From the NCBI GenBank assembly GCA_964612105.1, contig CAZTEU010000002.1:83697-147696 (forward strand): a DNA stretch of 64,000 bases. The letters are read 5' to 3'. The DNA comes from an uncultured Gammaproteobacteria bacterium. Its GTDB lineage: Bacteria > Patescibacteriota > Patescibacteriia > Magasanikbacterales > UBA922. Shown piece after piece: positions 40,270 through 51,000 of this stretch. Below the pieces are notes generated by a model. That model ran no database searches and was not told the DNA's origin. It saw only the letters and a program-made list of their open reading frames with translations. Position 1 is the first letter of the stretch; each line of letters starts with the position of its first letter. The position numbers and the translations under genes are program-made.

Positions 40270-40430
40270 TACCAACGTCTGCAACCACGCAACGTCGAGG
40301 TACATAGCAACAATCTCGTAGAGTCTACAACTCAAAAGTAGAAGCTACACAATCCCCGCCCGTTCATAAAATAAGGAGAGAACGGCGGGCACACATTGTG
40401 CATGAACACTCGTGCAAAGTGTGTACACAA

Positions 40431-40456
40431 CAATCCCGTAAAAGCGGGATTTTTGT
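40431..40456 (+). terminator. intrinsic terminator
   Basis: aatcccg-taaaag-cgggatttttgt. Confidence 0.7.
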
Positions 40457-40535
40457 ATACATTACCCCTTGCTTTATATAGCAAAATCAGCTATAATAAA
40501 CATGCTTTTAAGCGCCATTTTTATTATCTCAATAT

Positions 40536-41150
40536 ATGCATCTTTCTTGGCTAGGTAACACCGGAATGAAAATCCAGGTTAAACCATTTGATAAAGACAT
40601 TACAATTGTAATAGATCCATACAAGCACAAAACAGGAACATCTCCGCGCAGTCTTGCCCCAGATATTGCTCTATTTACAAGAACACAAAAAGATAGTGTT
40701 ACTCTTTCTGGAAGCCCTTTTATACTAGATGCTCCCGGTGAGATAGAAACTGGTGGAGTACTTGTTACTTCAGCACAAGGACACACGCAAGAATCTACAG
40801 TAGTGCGTGTAGATGCAGAACATATGAGTGTTGGACATCTAGGTCTTATTCATAAACAACCTACAGACAAACAGCTAGAAGTGTTGTCCGGGGTAGATAT
40901 ACTGTGCATACCCGTAGGTGGAAAAGACGTATACGAACCAGAACAAGCATCTCGTGCAATTAGTGCTATAGAACCGAGAGTTGTAATACCTATTGCATAC
41001 AAATCAGACAATGATCCAAAGGCAGGAACAGTTGAATCTTTCCTAAAGGAAATAGGACTGAAGGCTGACAAACCAGAAAAAAAGGTTATCATTAAAAAGA
41101 AAGATCTTCCTCAGGAAGACATGATGGTAATTGTTTTGTCTAAAGAGTAA
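40536..41150 (+). CDS. MBL-fold (Lactamase_B_3-like) protein
   Basis: IDPY, PGEIE, HLG, VDILCIPVGG, EPRVVIPI; metal-binding His residues look degenerate. Confidence 0.85.
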   Translation: MHLSWLGNTGMKIQVKPFDKDITIVIDPYKHKTGTSPRSLAPDIALFTRTQKDSVTLSGSPFILDAPGEIETGGVLVTSAQGHTQESTVVRVDAEHMSVGHLGLIHKQPTDKQLEVLSGVDILCIPVGGKDVYEPEQASRAISAIEPRVVIPIAYKSDNDPKAGTVESFLKEIGLKADKPEKKVIIKKKDLPQEDMMVIVLSKE

Positions 41151-41159
41151 ACAATCAAT

Positions 41160-41735
41160 ATGCCTGCAAAAAAACACACAAAAAAAACCAAAGACGACAG
41201 CAAAAAGAAGAAGAGGAAGAAGAAAGCCCCAACAAAGAAAAGAAAAACTAGCAAGAAATCAGCTGTAAAGAAAGATATAGCAAAAGCTGTTGAGCAGATT
41301 CCTGCAATTATTACAGAAGAAATCCGCGAAGAAGAGGTTGAGGTGAAAAAGCCAACCCTAAAGTCCAGCCGGAAGACCCATGCACATCATTTCATGTATG
41401 AACATCATCATGTAATGCCTAAGAAAAAATTATTATGGTTTGGGGTAATCTGTTTGACTGTTGTAATGATTGCAATGTGGGCGTTAAACACAAGAGTGTT
41501 TCTTTATCAAATAACTCAACAAGGGGAAGCGCTCAAATCACCAACTGTCTTACTTAATGTAAAAGATGATTTTCAGAAAGTACTAGATGCTACTAAAAGA
41601 GAAGAGGCAAAAAGAGAGGCAACTAAAGCACAAGTAGAAAAACAAATTAAGACTGCAGAATCAGAAATTAAATTAGAACAAGGACTCAAGTCCGTAATAA
41701 AAGAAAAGACGCAACCAAAAGAACTAGATGAATAA
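41160..41735 (+). CDS. hypothetical Lys-rich single-TM protein
   Basis: Basic N-terminus, one TM, coiled-coil. Confidence 0.75.
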   Translation: MPAKKHTKKTKDDSKKKKRKKKAPTKKRKTSKKSAVKKDIAKAVEQIPAIITEEIREEEVEVKKPTLKSSRKTHAHHFMYEHHHVMPKKKLLWFGVICLTVVMIAMWALNTRVFLYQITQQGEALKSPTVLLNVKDDFQKVLDATKREEAKREATKAQVEKQIKTAESEIKLEQGLKSVIKEKTQPKELDE

Positions 41736-41737
41736 TT

Positions 41738-44260
41738 ATGCCAAAAAAGAAACCCGCTTCAAGCAAAAAAACCACTCCTAAAAAAGGGGGGAAGACAATG
41801 GAGGCTGTTCCTGAGGAAAAATCAATAGGAAAACTAGAGCCAATATCACTGGTCGACGAAATGCAGACCTCGTATTTAGATTACGCAATGAGTGTTATTG
41901 TTTCACGTGCCTTACCAGATGTTCGTGATGGGCTAAAGCCTGTTCACAGAAGAATCCTTTACGCAATGTGGAAGATAGGATTAAAACACAACAGTAAATT
42001 TAGAAAATCTGCCCACGTTGTTGGTGAGGTGATGGCAAAATACCATCCTCATGGTGATGCAGCAATATACGACTCCATGGTTCGTATGGCACAGGACTTT
42101 AGCATGAGGGAAATGCTTGTGCACGGACAAGGTAACTTCGGGTCCATGGATGGAGATAGAGCAGCTGCAATGCGTTATACCGAGGCAAAACTAAAATCTA
42201 TTGCTGAGGAATTACTATTTGATATAGAAAAAGAAACCGTTAACTTCTCACCAACATACGACTCAGCAACAAAAGAACCAAGCGTACTTCCAAGTAAACT
42301 ACCCAACCTGCTACTAAACGGAAGCATGGGTATTGCTGTTGGAATGGCTACAAATATTCCCCCTCATAATCTTGGAGAACTTTGTGATGGGGTTGTACAT
42401 TTAATAGAACACCCAAAAGCCACAGTTGAAGACTTAAACAAATTTATAAAAGGACCAGATTTTCCAACAGGTGGAATTATATATAATAAAGCAGACATAC
42501 AGACTGCGTATGCAACAGGTCGTGGTGGAATGGTTGTGCGTGCAAAGACAGACATACAGGAAAGTAAGGCGGGGCGTTTTCAGATAGTAGTAACTGAGGT
42601 GCCTTATCAGGTTAACAAAGCAAACCTATTGGAAAAGATAGCTAAGCTAGTACAAGAGAAAAAACTTGAAGGAATAAAAGACCTAAGAGATGAATCAAAT
42701 AAAGATGGTGTTCGTGTTGTTGTAGAGCTTAAAAAAGATGCCTACCCAAGAAAAGTGCTTAATAGGCTGTTTAAAATGACCCAACTACAGACTACCTTCC
42801 ACATGAACATGATTGCTCTTGTAGATGGCATACAACCACGTGTTCTCAATCTCAAGTCAGTCCTCAAGGAATACATTAAACATCGCCAAGAAGTTGTAAG
42901 ACGTAGAACTCAATTTGATTTGGATAAAGCAAAAGAAAGAGCTCATATTTTAGAGGGTCTTAAAAAGGCCTTAGATAAAATAGATCAAGTTATCAATACA
43001 ATTAGAAAATCAAAAGATAAAGAAATGGCAAAAGCTAATTTGATGAAAAAATTCAAGTTTACAGATAGGCAGACAGTTGCAATCCTAGACATGCGCCTAC
43101 AGCAACTTGCCAACTTGGAAAGACAGAAGATTATTGATGAATTAAAAGAAAAGAAAGCTCTTATAAAAGAGCTTATGGCACTTCTCGCAAGTGAGGCAAG
43201 AATAAAGACTGTAATTAAAAAGGAAGTAAAAGCAATAAACGATAAGTACTCTTCAGACCGCCGTACTCATATCGTTCCTCATGGAGTAAAAGACTTCAGC
43301 ATGGAAGACTTGGTACCAAACGAACCTACAATTATCATGGCAACTCAAGATGGATATATAAAAAGAATGCCTGTAGATACATTTAAGACACAGGGTCGTG
43401 GTGGTAAAGGTGTGATTGGTCTTACCACAAAAGAGGAGGATGTTGTAGAACACCTAATCTCTACAAACACTCACGACAACATACTTTTCTTCACAACAAG
43501 AGGACGAGTATTCCAAATGCATGCATACGATATTCCTCAAGCTTCTAGAACAGCAAAAGGGCAGGCATTAGTAAACTTCCTACAACTTGCTCCAAATGAA
43601 AAGGTTTCATCTATCCTGTCTTTCGATGATGTAAGTAAATACAAATTTCTAGTAATGGTTACAAACAAAGGAACAATAAAACGTACGAAGCTTGAAGATT
43701 TCAAGAACGTGCGTAAGTCTGGTCTTATTGCACTAAAACTAAAAACAGATGATATGTTAGAGTGGGTACGTCCATCCACTGGAAAAGACGAAATTGTACT
43801 AACAACTTCTCTTGGACAAGCAATTCGTTTCAAAGAATCTGGAGTGCGTGCAATGGGAAGAACCGCTGCTGGAGTTAGAGGAATAAAACTAAAATCACAA
43901 GACTCCATCGTTGGTATGGGAATTGCAGAACCAGAACTAGCAAAGAAAAAAGTACTAGAGCTGTTGGTTGTATCAGAAAACGGTCTTGGAAAGAGAACAA
44001 ATCTTAATGAGTATAAAGTACAAGGACGCGGTGGAAGTGGAATAAAAACAATGGCTGTAACAGCAAAGACTGGTAAATTAATTAGTGCTAGAGTTATTAA
44101 TAAGACAGATGAACAAGATCTAATGCTTATCTCCACAGGTGGGCAGGTGGTAAGAACTCCACTAAAGACAGTTTCCACTCTTGGAAGAGCTACACAAGGT
44201 GTGCGAATAATGAGATTTAAGAAAGACGGAGATACAGTTGTGAGTATGGCGTTGTTATAA
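41738..44260 (+). CDS. gyrA: DNA gyrase subunit A
   Basis: [28 protein letters not shown], GyrA-box QGRGGKG. Confidence 0.98.
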   Translation: MPKKKPASSKKTTPKKGGKTMEAVPEEKSIGKLEPISLVDEMQTSYLDYAMSVIVSRALPDVRDGLKPVHRRILYAMWKIGLKHNSKFRKSAHVVGEVMAKYHPHGDAAIYDSMVRMAQDFSMREMLVHGQGNFGSMDGDRAAAMRYTEAKLKSIAEELLFDIEKETVNFSPTYDSATKEPSVLPSKLPNLLLNGSMGIAVGMATNIPPHNLGELCDGVVHLIEHPKATVEDLNKFIKGPDFPTGGIIYNKADIQTAYATGRGGMVVRAKTDIQESKAGRFQIVVTEVPYQVNKANLLEKIAKLVQEKKLEGIKDLRDESNKDGVRVVVELKKDAYPRKVLNRLFKMTQLQTTFHMNMIALVDGIQPRVLNLKSVLKEYIKHRQEVVRRRTQFDLDKAKERAHILEGLKKALDKIDQVINTIRKSKDKEMAKANLMKKFKFTDRQTVAILDMRLQQLANLERQKIIDELKEKKALIKELMALLASEARIKTVIKKEVKAINDKYSSDRRTHIVPHGVKDFSMEDLVPNEPTIIMATQDGYIKRMPVDTFKTQGRGGKGVIGLTTKEEDVVEHLISTNTHDNILFFTTRGRVFQMHAYDIPQASRTAKGQALVNFLQLAPNEKVSSILSFDDVSKYKFLVMVTNKGTIKRTKLEDFKNVRKSGLIALKLKTDDMLEWVRPSTGKDEIVLTTSLGQAIRFKESGVRAMGRTAAGVRGIKLKSQDSIVGMGIAEPELAKKKVLELLVVSENGLGKRTNLNEYKVQGRGGSGIKTMAVTAKTGKLISARVINKTDEQDLMLISTGGQVVRTPLKTVSTLGRATQGVRIMRFKKDGDTVVSMALL

Positions 44261-44305
44261 AAAACACTAAATAGCAATAAAAACACCATGATTATGGTGT
44301 TTTTT

Positions 44306-44376
44306 GCTAAAATAAGCTATTTTCTTGCGTATTTCTACCCCTAAGGCTTGACAAAACCACAAAAGCGTACTATACT
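44306..44376 (+). promoter_or_regulatory. palindromic site plus sigma70 promoter of ncRNA candidate
   Basis: GCTAAAATAAGC (44306-44317); TTGACA(44348)-N17-TATACT. Confidence 0.75.
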
Positions 44377-44382
44377 CCATCG

Positions 44383-44712
44383 TTGTAATAGTGAGTCAGA
44401 ATTACACGGATGTATATAGATAGTAATAAATAGTGTCTAGATATATCCGTAGCGTAATGGAGATGGTAATTGAAATACCCGACGTTGTGAGCGGGAACCA
44501 CACTTCCAATGCGGATGTTTTTCCTCGGCGTGTGTCGGGGTTAGGAGGTTGGTGCTTGTCGGAACCCTTCGCGAGAGGGAAGACGAGATTGCGCACGGCC
44601 ATGCGTAATTGTGGGAGAAAAGGAGACTCTTCTCCCACCCACCACCACCATGTAGACATCACTCGCTGGTGTATAGATAAAAACAAAAAATCCCTGCTGG
44701 GGATTTTTTGTT
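44383..44712 (+). ncRNA. candidate structured ncRNA (~330 nt)
   Basis: Promoter to terminator (aaaaaatccc-tgctg-gggattttttg) with at least five stems and no credible ORF. Confidence 0.55.
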
Positions 44713-44733
44713 TACTAAATTTTATTCTATATA

Positions 44734-45315
44734 TTACATCTTACCCAATATCTTTAAGGCTTCTCTCAACAAGTCTTCCGTATCCTTATCTTTACTGTCT
44801 AAATCTTGCACAACAGACTTTACAGCTTCTTTGCTATAACCCATTGTTACAAGCCCTTCTATAACCTCCGCAAGAACAGCTCCATTTCCTTGATTGTCTG
44901 CTATCTCAGACAAAGATGTAACTTTGTTTTTTAGCTCCACAACAATTCTTTCTGCTGTCTTCTTACCCATCCCCTGCACAGCTGTGAGATATTCTACATC
45001 TCCTCTTGCTATTGCAGATTTTATTTCCTCAATAGAACCAAGTGATAGTATGTGCATTGCACTTTTTGGCCCTACGCTTTTTACAGATAACAGAAGTGAG
45101 AAGAAGTCTCTGTGCGCGTTGGATTCGAAACCAAAAAGCTCTAAAGAATTGTCTGAAACCTTAAGATATGTTGGTATTTGTACTTCCTGGTTAATTTCAT
45201 AACCAGAGAGCTGTAGGCGTGAAAGCCTTACACTATAACCAACACCACCAGATGTTAGTATTGTGACTTGATCTGTATTTTTATCTACCACATGTCCGGA
45301 TAGTATAGTTATCAT
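44734..45315 (-). CDS. ruvA: Holliday junction branch migration protein RuvA
   Basis: GGVGY, LFGF, VKSVGPKSA, GMGKKTAERIVVELK, LVTMGYS. Confidence 0.95.
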   Translation of the reverse strand: MITILSGHVVDKNTDQVTILTSGGVGYSVRLSRLQLSGYEINQEVQIPTYLKVSDNSLELFGFESNAHRDFFSLLLSVKSVGPKSAMHILSLGSIEEIKSAIARGDVEYLTAVQGMGKKTAERIVVELKNKVTSLSEIADNQGNGAVLAEVIEGLVTMGYSKEAVKSVVQDLDSKDKDTEDLLREALKILGKM

Positions 45316-45352
45316 ACTTGACAATATTTTCTTAAAGTGTTAGAGTAATTTT

Positions 45353-45406
45353 GATGAAGACCTCTCGGCCGTAGTTCATATACTACACCTGGCAGAAGGT
45401 CTTTTT
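45353..45406 (+). ncRNA. candidate small RNA convergent to 45407-45823
   Basis: TTGACA(45318)-N17-TAGAGT; outer stem aagacc/ggtctt, inner stem gtagt/actac, U-tail; homologous to 15491-15548. Confidence 0.55.
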
Positions 45407-45823
45407 CTATTCCCAAGGAAATACAGATATTAAATATTTCACTCCTGTTTTCTTTTCCTCTACAACCTGGACAGCAAATAACATATTGTTTGGTGTTTCT
45501 CCAATAAAACGGTGTAGTATTCTAGATTTGTTCTTTTTATTAATCTTTGAGACTGGTTCTATTGCGGTGTTTTGTATAAGATCAATTGAACAAGGAAACA
45601 GGCTTAGTCTTCTCTTCCTATCACGCCAATTCTTTTGGTGTAAGTGTCTCCAAAAGATATCTAAAAATATCTTTTCTTTCTTAAAAAACTTGGAACGAAC
45701 ATAGGGTCTCCTTTTTGATTTACTTTTTATCCCATCAAAAAAGCCAATGGCCTTCCTTTCAATATCTCGATATCTACCCCCAGAAATAGGATATCTATTT
45801 GTTTTGTAAACCCCCCTCTTCAT
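45407..45823 (-). CDS. basic nuclease/toxin-like protein, paralog of 15082-15492
   Basis: Same motifs as 15082-15492; aAAGGAGGGtgtATG SD. Confidence 0.78.
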   Translation of the reverse strand: MKRGVYKTNRYPISGGRYRDIERKAIGFFDGIKSKSKRRPYVRSKFFKKEKIFLDIFWRHLHQKNWRDRKRRLSLFPCSIDLIQNTAIEPVSKINKKNKSRILHRFIGETPNNMLFAVQVVEEKKTGVKYLISVFPWE

Positions 45824-45841
45824 ACACCCTCCTTTATTAAG

Positions 45842-47329
45842 TTATCGCAGGTATTCTACCATGGTCTGCACACCAAATCCATTCGCACCAGAACGGATAT
45901 ATGGTTTTCCTTTGCCACCATAGTATGAACAAGATAGATCAATATGTGCCCAAGGATAGTCTGTAAAATATTGTAAAAATGCCGCAGCAGTAGAAGCACC
46001 TCCATGTCCGCGACCACCAACTTGCCCAGAATTCTTAATATCTGCAATCTCACATTTCATTGCCTCGCTATACTCTTCTCCCAGTGGTAATCTCCATAAT
46101 TGCTCTCCAGATTCCTCAGAACTGGCTATAAGTTTATTTACAATCTTTTCTTCTTTAGAAAATACAGCAGAGCGCTCATTACCAAGAGCCACCATGCAGG
46201 CACCAGTGAGTGTGGCGAAGTCTATAACCTCTTTTGGTTTGTATTTTTTTGCATAACATAATGCATCCGCAAGAATTAGTCTACCTTCTGCGTCTGTATT
46301 ATCTATTAGGACGCTTTTTCCACCCATGCTTACTAATATGTCATCCGGTCGATACGAATTTCCTCCCGGCATATTCTCACATGTTGGTATAAGTCCAATA
46401 ATATTTTTCTTTAAACCAAGAGAGGCTGCTGCCTTTATGGTTCCAAGAACAGTTGCAGCACCAAGCATATCAAACTTCATGTCTGTCATGTAGTTTGCAG
46501 GCTTTAATGAAAGCCCTCCTGAGTCAAAAGTAATTCCTTTTCCAACCAGAACAGTGGGGCTTTGGTTTTTTAGAGCATTTTTATACTCTAGTATAATAAA
46601 CTTTGGCTCTTCTACGGAACCCCTAGCCACACCAAGCAAGCACCCCATTCCTAATCTTTCTATTTCTGGAAGAGATAGTACTCTTGTGCGTAAATTTCTG
46701 TATTGTCTCGCTAAATCTTCTGATTTTTCTGCCAGAAGAGTTGGTGTCATAACAGATGGTGGAACATTACCGAGCTCTCTGGCATAATTTACTGATTCTG
46801 CAATCAATTGTCCGTCATCCATGCCACGTGTCATTGCTGTCTTTATTTTCTGATCAAAAGACCCAACAAGCGCCACTTTCTTGATAGGGCTTACTCGCCC
46901 ATCTTTTTCTTTATGAACATCGTAGCTGTAGTTAGACAGCTCCAGAGCAACTATTGTTTCGCTTCCTATCTTTTTTGCTCCAATCTTCTTAGTAAGAGCA
47001 GACGGAATCATTAATGAAAGAGAGGTTATTTTTTTACTTTGGCAAAATAGTACAGATGAACCAACAGCTTCTTTCCATTTACGGATTGTTATATTTTTAT
47101 ATTCTCCTATTCCAACTAAAAGAATGCGGGGAATTTGTTTATCTTTTGTATATAAAAGAGTTGTTTGAGATTTCTTCCCCTCAAAGTCTTTGGTGTCTAT
47201 AATATTGCTAATTTGCCCATCTAATTTCTTGTCTAAATTCTTCACAAAAGGCTCTAAGCCCTTCCCTTCCCATATAGGCAAAATAAGACACTGTGTTTTT
47301 CCATTTTCTTGTGTAACTTCTGTTAACAT
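45842..47329 (-). CDS. pepA: leucyl aminopeptidase (M17)
   Basis: GKGITFDSGG, MKFDMLGAA, NTDAEGRL, DFATLTGA. Confidence 0.96.
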   Translation of the reverse strand: MLTEVTQENGKTQCLILPIWEGKGLEPFVKNLDKKLDGQISNIIDTKDFEGKKSQTTLLYTKDKQIPRILLVGIGEYKNITIRKWKEAVGSSVLFCQSKKITSLSLMIPSALTKKIGAKKIGSETIVALELSNYSYDVHKEKDGRVSPIKKVALVGSFDQKIKTAMTRGMDDGQLIAESVNYARELGNVPPSVMTPTLLAEKSEDLARQYRNLRTRVLSLPEIERLGMGCLLGVARGSVEEPKFIILEYKNALKNQSPTVLVGKGITFDSGGLSLKPANYMTDMKFDMLGAATVLGTIKAAASLGLKKNIIGLIPTCENMPGGNSYRPDDILVSMGGKSVLIDNTDAEGRLILADALCYAKKYKPKEVIDFATLTGACMVALGNERSAVFSKEEKIVNKLIASSEESGEQLWRLPLGEEYSEAMKCEIADIKNSGQVGGRGHGGASTAAAFLQYFTDYPWAHIDLSCSYYGGKGKPYIRSGANGFGVQTMVEYLR

Positions 47330-47386
47330 ATATGCACATCAAAAGAGTGAGTTACCTTACTCCTTTTTTATAATATTGTCAAGATA

Positions 47387-50300
47387 TTAATTTTTTTGGA
47401 CTTTTAGAGCCACTTTTGCCCCTGGGAGCTCTACTTCTACGCCACCCTTACCTTTCTTTATATCCTCACTACGTGTAGACTTGGCTATTTCTTCTCTGTG
47501 TTTATCAAAAACACTCTCCACTATCTTATCTTTAGAATCCCAAACAACAGTACCAGAATCATTTATGGTAAGTTTCTGCTCTTTCCTCATCTGATTAATT
47601 GCACGTATAAGTTCACGAGCAAGACCTTCTTCTTTAAGGTCTTCAGTAATATTCACATCCATAGACACTTTTATTTCTCCATCTTCTCTAGAATCCCACT
47701 TTTTGTTTCCAGAACTTACAACCTCTTTTACATTTAACTCTTCAGAGATAAGTTGCTCATAGTCTTTTATGTTTTTTACTCCAGAAACAGCGCAAGTAGC
47801 TAGCGGTTGTCGTACGCGAATACCTACTTCCTTTCTTAGTGACATTCCAAGCTCAACTGCCTTTCTTGTTTTTTCCATTTCATCTAATATTTTTTCATCT
47901 ACCTTTTTTTGCTTTTGTGGCCACATTTCCAAATGAACTGACTCTTTATAATCACCGGAGCCGTATTGTTTTACTGATTGATAAATCTTCTCAGACACAA
48001 ACGGAGTGAATGGTGCCATCACTTTTGAAAGAGTGAGTAATACGTCATGCAAGGTGGCTAGGGCAAATTGTTTATCCGCCTCATTATCCCCCTTAAACCT
48101 ATCACGAGAGCGTCGCACGTACCATTGTGATAAATCAGAGATAAAATCCTGTATTGGTCTACTTGCATATGCAAGCTCATAATTATTCATTCTGTCTGTT
48201 GTCTCTTTTACTAGCTGATTAAGTCTAGCCATAATCCATTTATCTAGGACATTGTCTGATTTTTTCTTTGGCTGTTTAGACTCTTTTGCAAACATTTCAT
48301 AGAATGACAAAACATTCCACAGTGTGTTTACAACTTTGTTATATACTTCTCTCACTCCAGATTCGGAAAAATTGAGGCCTTCCGCATGCATTACAGGTGA
48401 TGTAACCAAATAGAAACGCATTGCGTCTGCGCCATATGTTTCTAAAACTTTCATTGGGTCAGGGTAGTTCTGTAAACGCTTGCTCATTTTCTTTCCATCT
48501 TCTGCCAGCACAATCCCATTTACAATCACATTACTAAATGCAGGAACCATTTTGCCTGTTGGAATTGATCTTTCCTCGCCCATTGTAAGAGCTGTTGCTA
48601 AGACATGAAGTGTATAAAACCATCCACGTGTCTGATCCTGCCCTTCTGCAATAAACTCGGCAGGAAATCCTTTTTCAAATTTTTCTTTATTCTCAAAAGG
48701 ATAATGCATTTGTCCGTATGGCATTGAACCAGACTCAAACCAGCAATCTAATACTTCTGCTACTCTGTGATATTTCTTTCCATCTTTGTTTATAACAAGT
48801 TTGTCTACAACATGTTTATGTAAATCTTTTACAGGTTTACCAATCAACTCCTCCAGTTCTTTTACAGAACCTACGCAAATAACATCGCCGTCTTCACTCT
48901 TCCAAGCTGGAAGAGGTGCGCCCCAGAATCTATTTCGCGAAACTGCCCAATCTCTTGCGTTTTCCAACCATGTTCCAAATCTTTTTTCTTTTATGTGCGA
49001 TGGAACCCACCTTGTATTCTTTTCATTGTTTTTTACCAGCTTATCACGTATCTCACTCACACGAACAAACCAACTATTTGTTGCATAATTAAGAAGAGGT
49101 GTATCACAACGCCAACAGTGAGGGTAGCTGTGTAAATATTTCTTTTTTGAAAATATTTTATTATTCCCAGCAAGCCATTTAATAATTTCTATATCTGCTT
49201 CCTGAGGATTTTCTTTGGGTTTTACTTTTTTTCCTGCAAAATCCGTAACCTCTTCCGCAAACGTTCCGTCCATTTTCACATGCTGAATAAGTTCTGTGCC
49301 CTCTTCCAAACCAACCTGATAATCATCTTCACCAAAGGCCGGAGCAATATGCACAACCCCAGTACCTTCTTCTGTAGTTACAAAATCACCAGAGACAATA
49401 TGAAAAGCGTTCTTTGTCTTAGCAAAATAAGGAAACAGTGGTTCGTATTTAGTTCCAACCAAATCTTTTCCTTTCATTTCTGCTAATTTATACGGAGTTG
49501 TCATCAGCTCCTTTTCCTGCTCATTTGTAAGCCCTTCTAAGTTAAAAGGAGGCCAATAGTTTGTAACTTCTGGATAATCCTTACGGCTTGAATTCCAGTT
49601 TGCAAAAATTTCTTTTGCTAACAAATAATTTTCATACACAGGTTCTCCTTTTTCATCCTGACGTACAAAAAATTTGGCGATTACGTATGTTATATCTGGA
49701 TTAACAGCGAGCAAAGCGTTTCCAGGCAGTGTCCAAGGTGTTGTTGTCCATGCAAGAGCATGAACAGAACCGTCTATGCCATCAAAATCTTTATTTAACT
49801 TAAACTTCGCAGTAACAGAAATGTCTTTTATATCTTTGTAGCCCTGAGTAACTTCAAAATTAGAAAGAGGAGTAACACAACGAGGGCAAATGTGCATTGC
49901 TTTTTTTCCTTCGTACACTAAATCTTTGTCCCAAAGTTGTTTAAAGACCCACCAAACACTTTCCATGTATTCTATATCCATTGTCTTGTAGTCATTTTCC
50001 ATATCTACCCAGCGACCCATGCGATTGATTGTCTTTTTCCATTCTTCCGCATACTTTAGGACAGTCTTATGACACGCGCTATTGAACTTATCTACCCCAT
50101 AATCAACGATTTCTTGACGGCCGTGTAAATCCAGCTCTTTCTCCACTATATTTTCTATTGGAAGACCGTGACAATCCCACCCCCATTTTCTCTCAACCCT
50201 GTGACCTTGCATCGTCCAGTATCTAGGCACAACATCTTTCATTAAAGATGCAACGATATGACCATAATGAGGAAGTCCTGTAGCAAACGGAGGTCCGTCA

Positions 50301-50413
50301 TAAAAAACATACGGATTGTCTTCCGGACGTTCATTTACGGATTTTTCAAAAGTTTTATTCTTTTCCCAAAACTCTAAAATTTCTTTCTCATTTTTATCCG
50401 CTTGATAAGGCAT
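47387..50413 (-). CDS. ileS: isoleucine--tRNA ligase (type 2)
   Basis: DGPPFATGLPHYGH, WTTTPWTLP, EGQDQTRGWF, KMSKR. Confidence 0.97.
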   Translation of the reverse strand: MPYQADKNEKEILEFWEKNKTFEKSVNERPEDNPYVFYDGPPFATGLPHYGHIVASLMKDVVPRYWTMQGHRVERKWGWDCHGLPIENIVEKELDLHGRQEIVDYGVDKFNSACHKTVLKYAEEWKKTINRMGRWVDMENDYKTMDIEYMESVWWVFKQLWDKDLVYEGKKAMHICPRCVTPLSNFEVTQGYKDIKDISVTAKFKLNKDFDGIDGSVHALAWTTTPWTLPGNALLAVNPDITYVIAKFFVRQDEKGEPVYENYLLAKEIFANWNSSRKDYPEVTNYWPPFNLEGLTNEQEKELMTTPYKLAEMKGKDLVGTKYEPLFPYFAKTKNAFHIVSGDFVTTEEGTGVVHIAPAFGEDDYQVGLEEGTELIQHVKMDGTFAEEVTDFAGKKVKPKENPQEADIEIIKWLAGNNKIFSKKKYLHSYPHCWRCDTPLLNYATNSWFVRVSEIRDKLVKNNEKNTRWVPSHIKEKRFGTWLENARDWAVSRNRFWGAPLPAWKSEDGDVICVGSVKELEELIGKPVKDLHKHVVDKLVINKDGKKYHRVAEVLDCWFESGSMPYGQMHYPFENKEKFEKGFPAEFIAEGQDQTRGWFYTLHVLATALTMGEERSIPTGKMVPAFSNVIVNGIVLAEDGKKMSKRLQNYPDPMKVLETYGADAMRFYLVTSPVMHAEGLNFSESGVREVYNKVVNTLWNVLSFYEMFAKESKQPKKKSDNVLDKWIMARLNQLVKETTDRMNNYELAYASRPIQDFISDLSQWYVRRSRDRFKGDNEADKQFALATLHDVLLTLSKVMAPFTPFVSEKIYQSVKQYGSGDYKESVHLEMWPQKQKKVDEKILDEMEKTRKAVELGMSLRKEVGIRVRQPLATCAVSGVKNIKDYEQLISEELNVKEVVSSGNKKWDSREDGEIKVSMDVNITEDLKEEGLARELIRAINQMRKEQKLTINDSGTVVWDSKDKIVESVFDKHREEIAKSTRSEDIKKGKGGVEVELPGAKVALKVQKN

Positions 50414-50543
50414 AATGTTATAAATCTCATTATTATTTAGTGTTAACTACTATAAGGAAAAGAGGGGGCTGTGTCAACAAAATTACAAGACGCCCACCTT
50501 TCGAGTGGGCGTCGTCGTACTCCTACATTCCCCAAGCTTTCAC

Positions 50544-50966
50544 TCAAGGATATCGTTCTTTCATGTACTGCTCGAGAAGTGCCCGGCGCGCATGTTCTGG
50601 AACCCAACGCAGAGCTCCATCCAAACCCATGAAAAAACTGGTCATGCGTGAATCGAGAGTGTCTGCACCGTCGTCTCTGTGGCCAGAGAACCCACCTTCT
50701 GCCTCCTTGCAGAGAAGCTCGTCCATACGACTTGCCAAAAAATCCTTGCTGAATTGGAAAGTCTCGACAGTCCCATCCGTCTCTCTGCGCTCGATAATCT
50801 TGCGCTTCAACAGCTCCTCAAAATCGCCATCCTTTACACTAACTCCGCCAAATTCGCGGAAGTCGATATCCAGGAAAGCCCTCTTGGTGAACGGGTGCCA
50901 TTTCAAGAACACCATCATCGTCTGAACGACACCATATAGAGGACCCCCTTCTTTCACTCTGCACAT
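50544..50966 (-). CDS. hypothetical protein (SD-led)
   Basis: aAAGGAGGGtgacATG; follows upp; hairpin gacgcccac/gtgggcgtc downstream. Confidence 0.65.
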   Translation of the reverse strand: MCRVKEGGPLYGVVQTMMVFLKWHPFTKRAFLDIDFREFGGVSVKDGDFEELLKRKIIERRETDGTVETFQFSKDFLASRMDELLCKEAEGGFSGHRDDGADTLDSRMTSFFMGLDGALRWVPEHARRALLEQYMKERYP

Positions 50967-51000
50967 GTCACCCTCCTTTTTGGGTTACCTCTCGTTATGA

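Noticed and set aside
39652-40335. 227-aa minus-strand ORF
   Set aside because: Antisense shadow of 39349-40269.
44383-44712. tmRNA or RNase P RNA assignment
   Set aside because: The CCACCA run lacks a T-arm and acceptor stem, and the RNase P P4 consensus is absent.
44433-44864. 143-aa ORF over the ncRNA candidate
   Set aside because: Runs through the terminator into antisense ruvA and has an unprotein-like composition.
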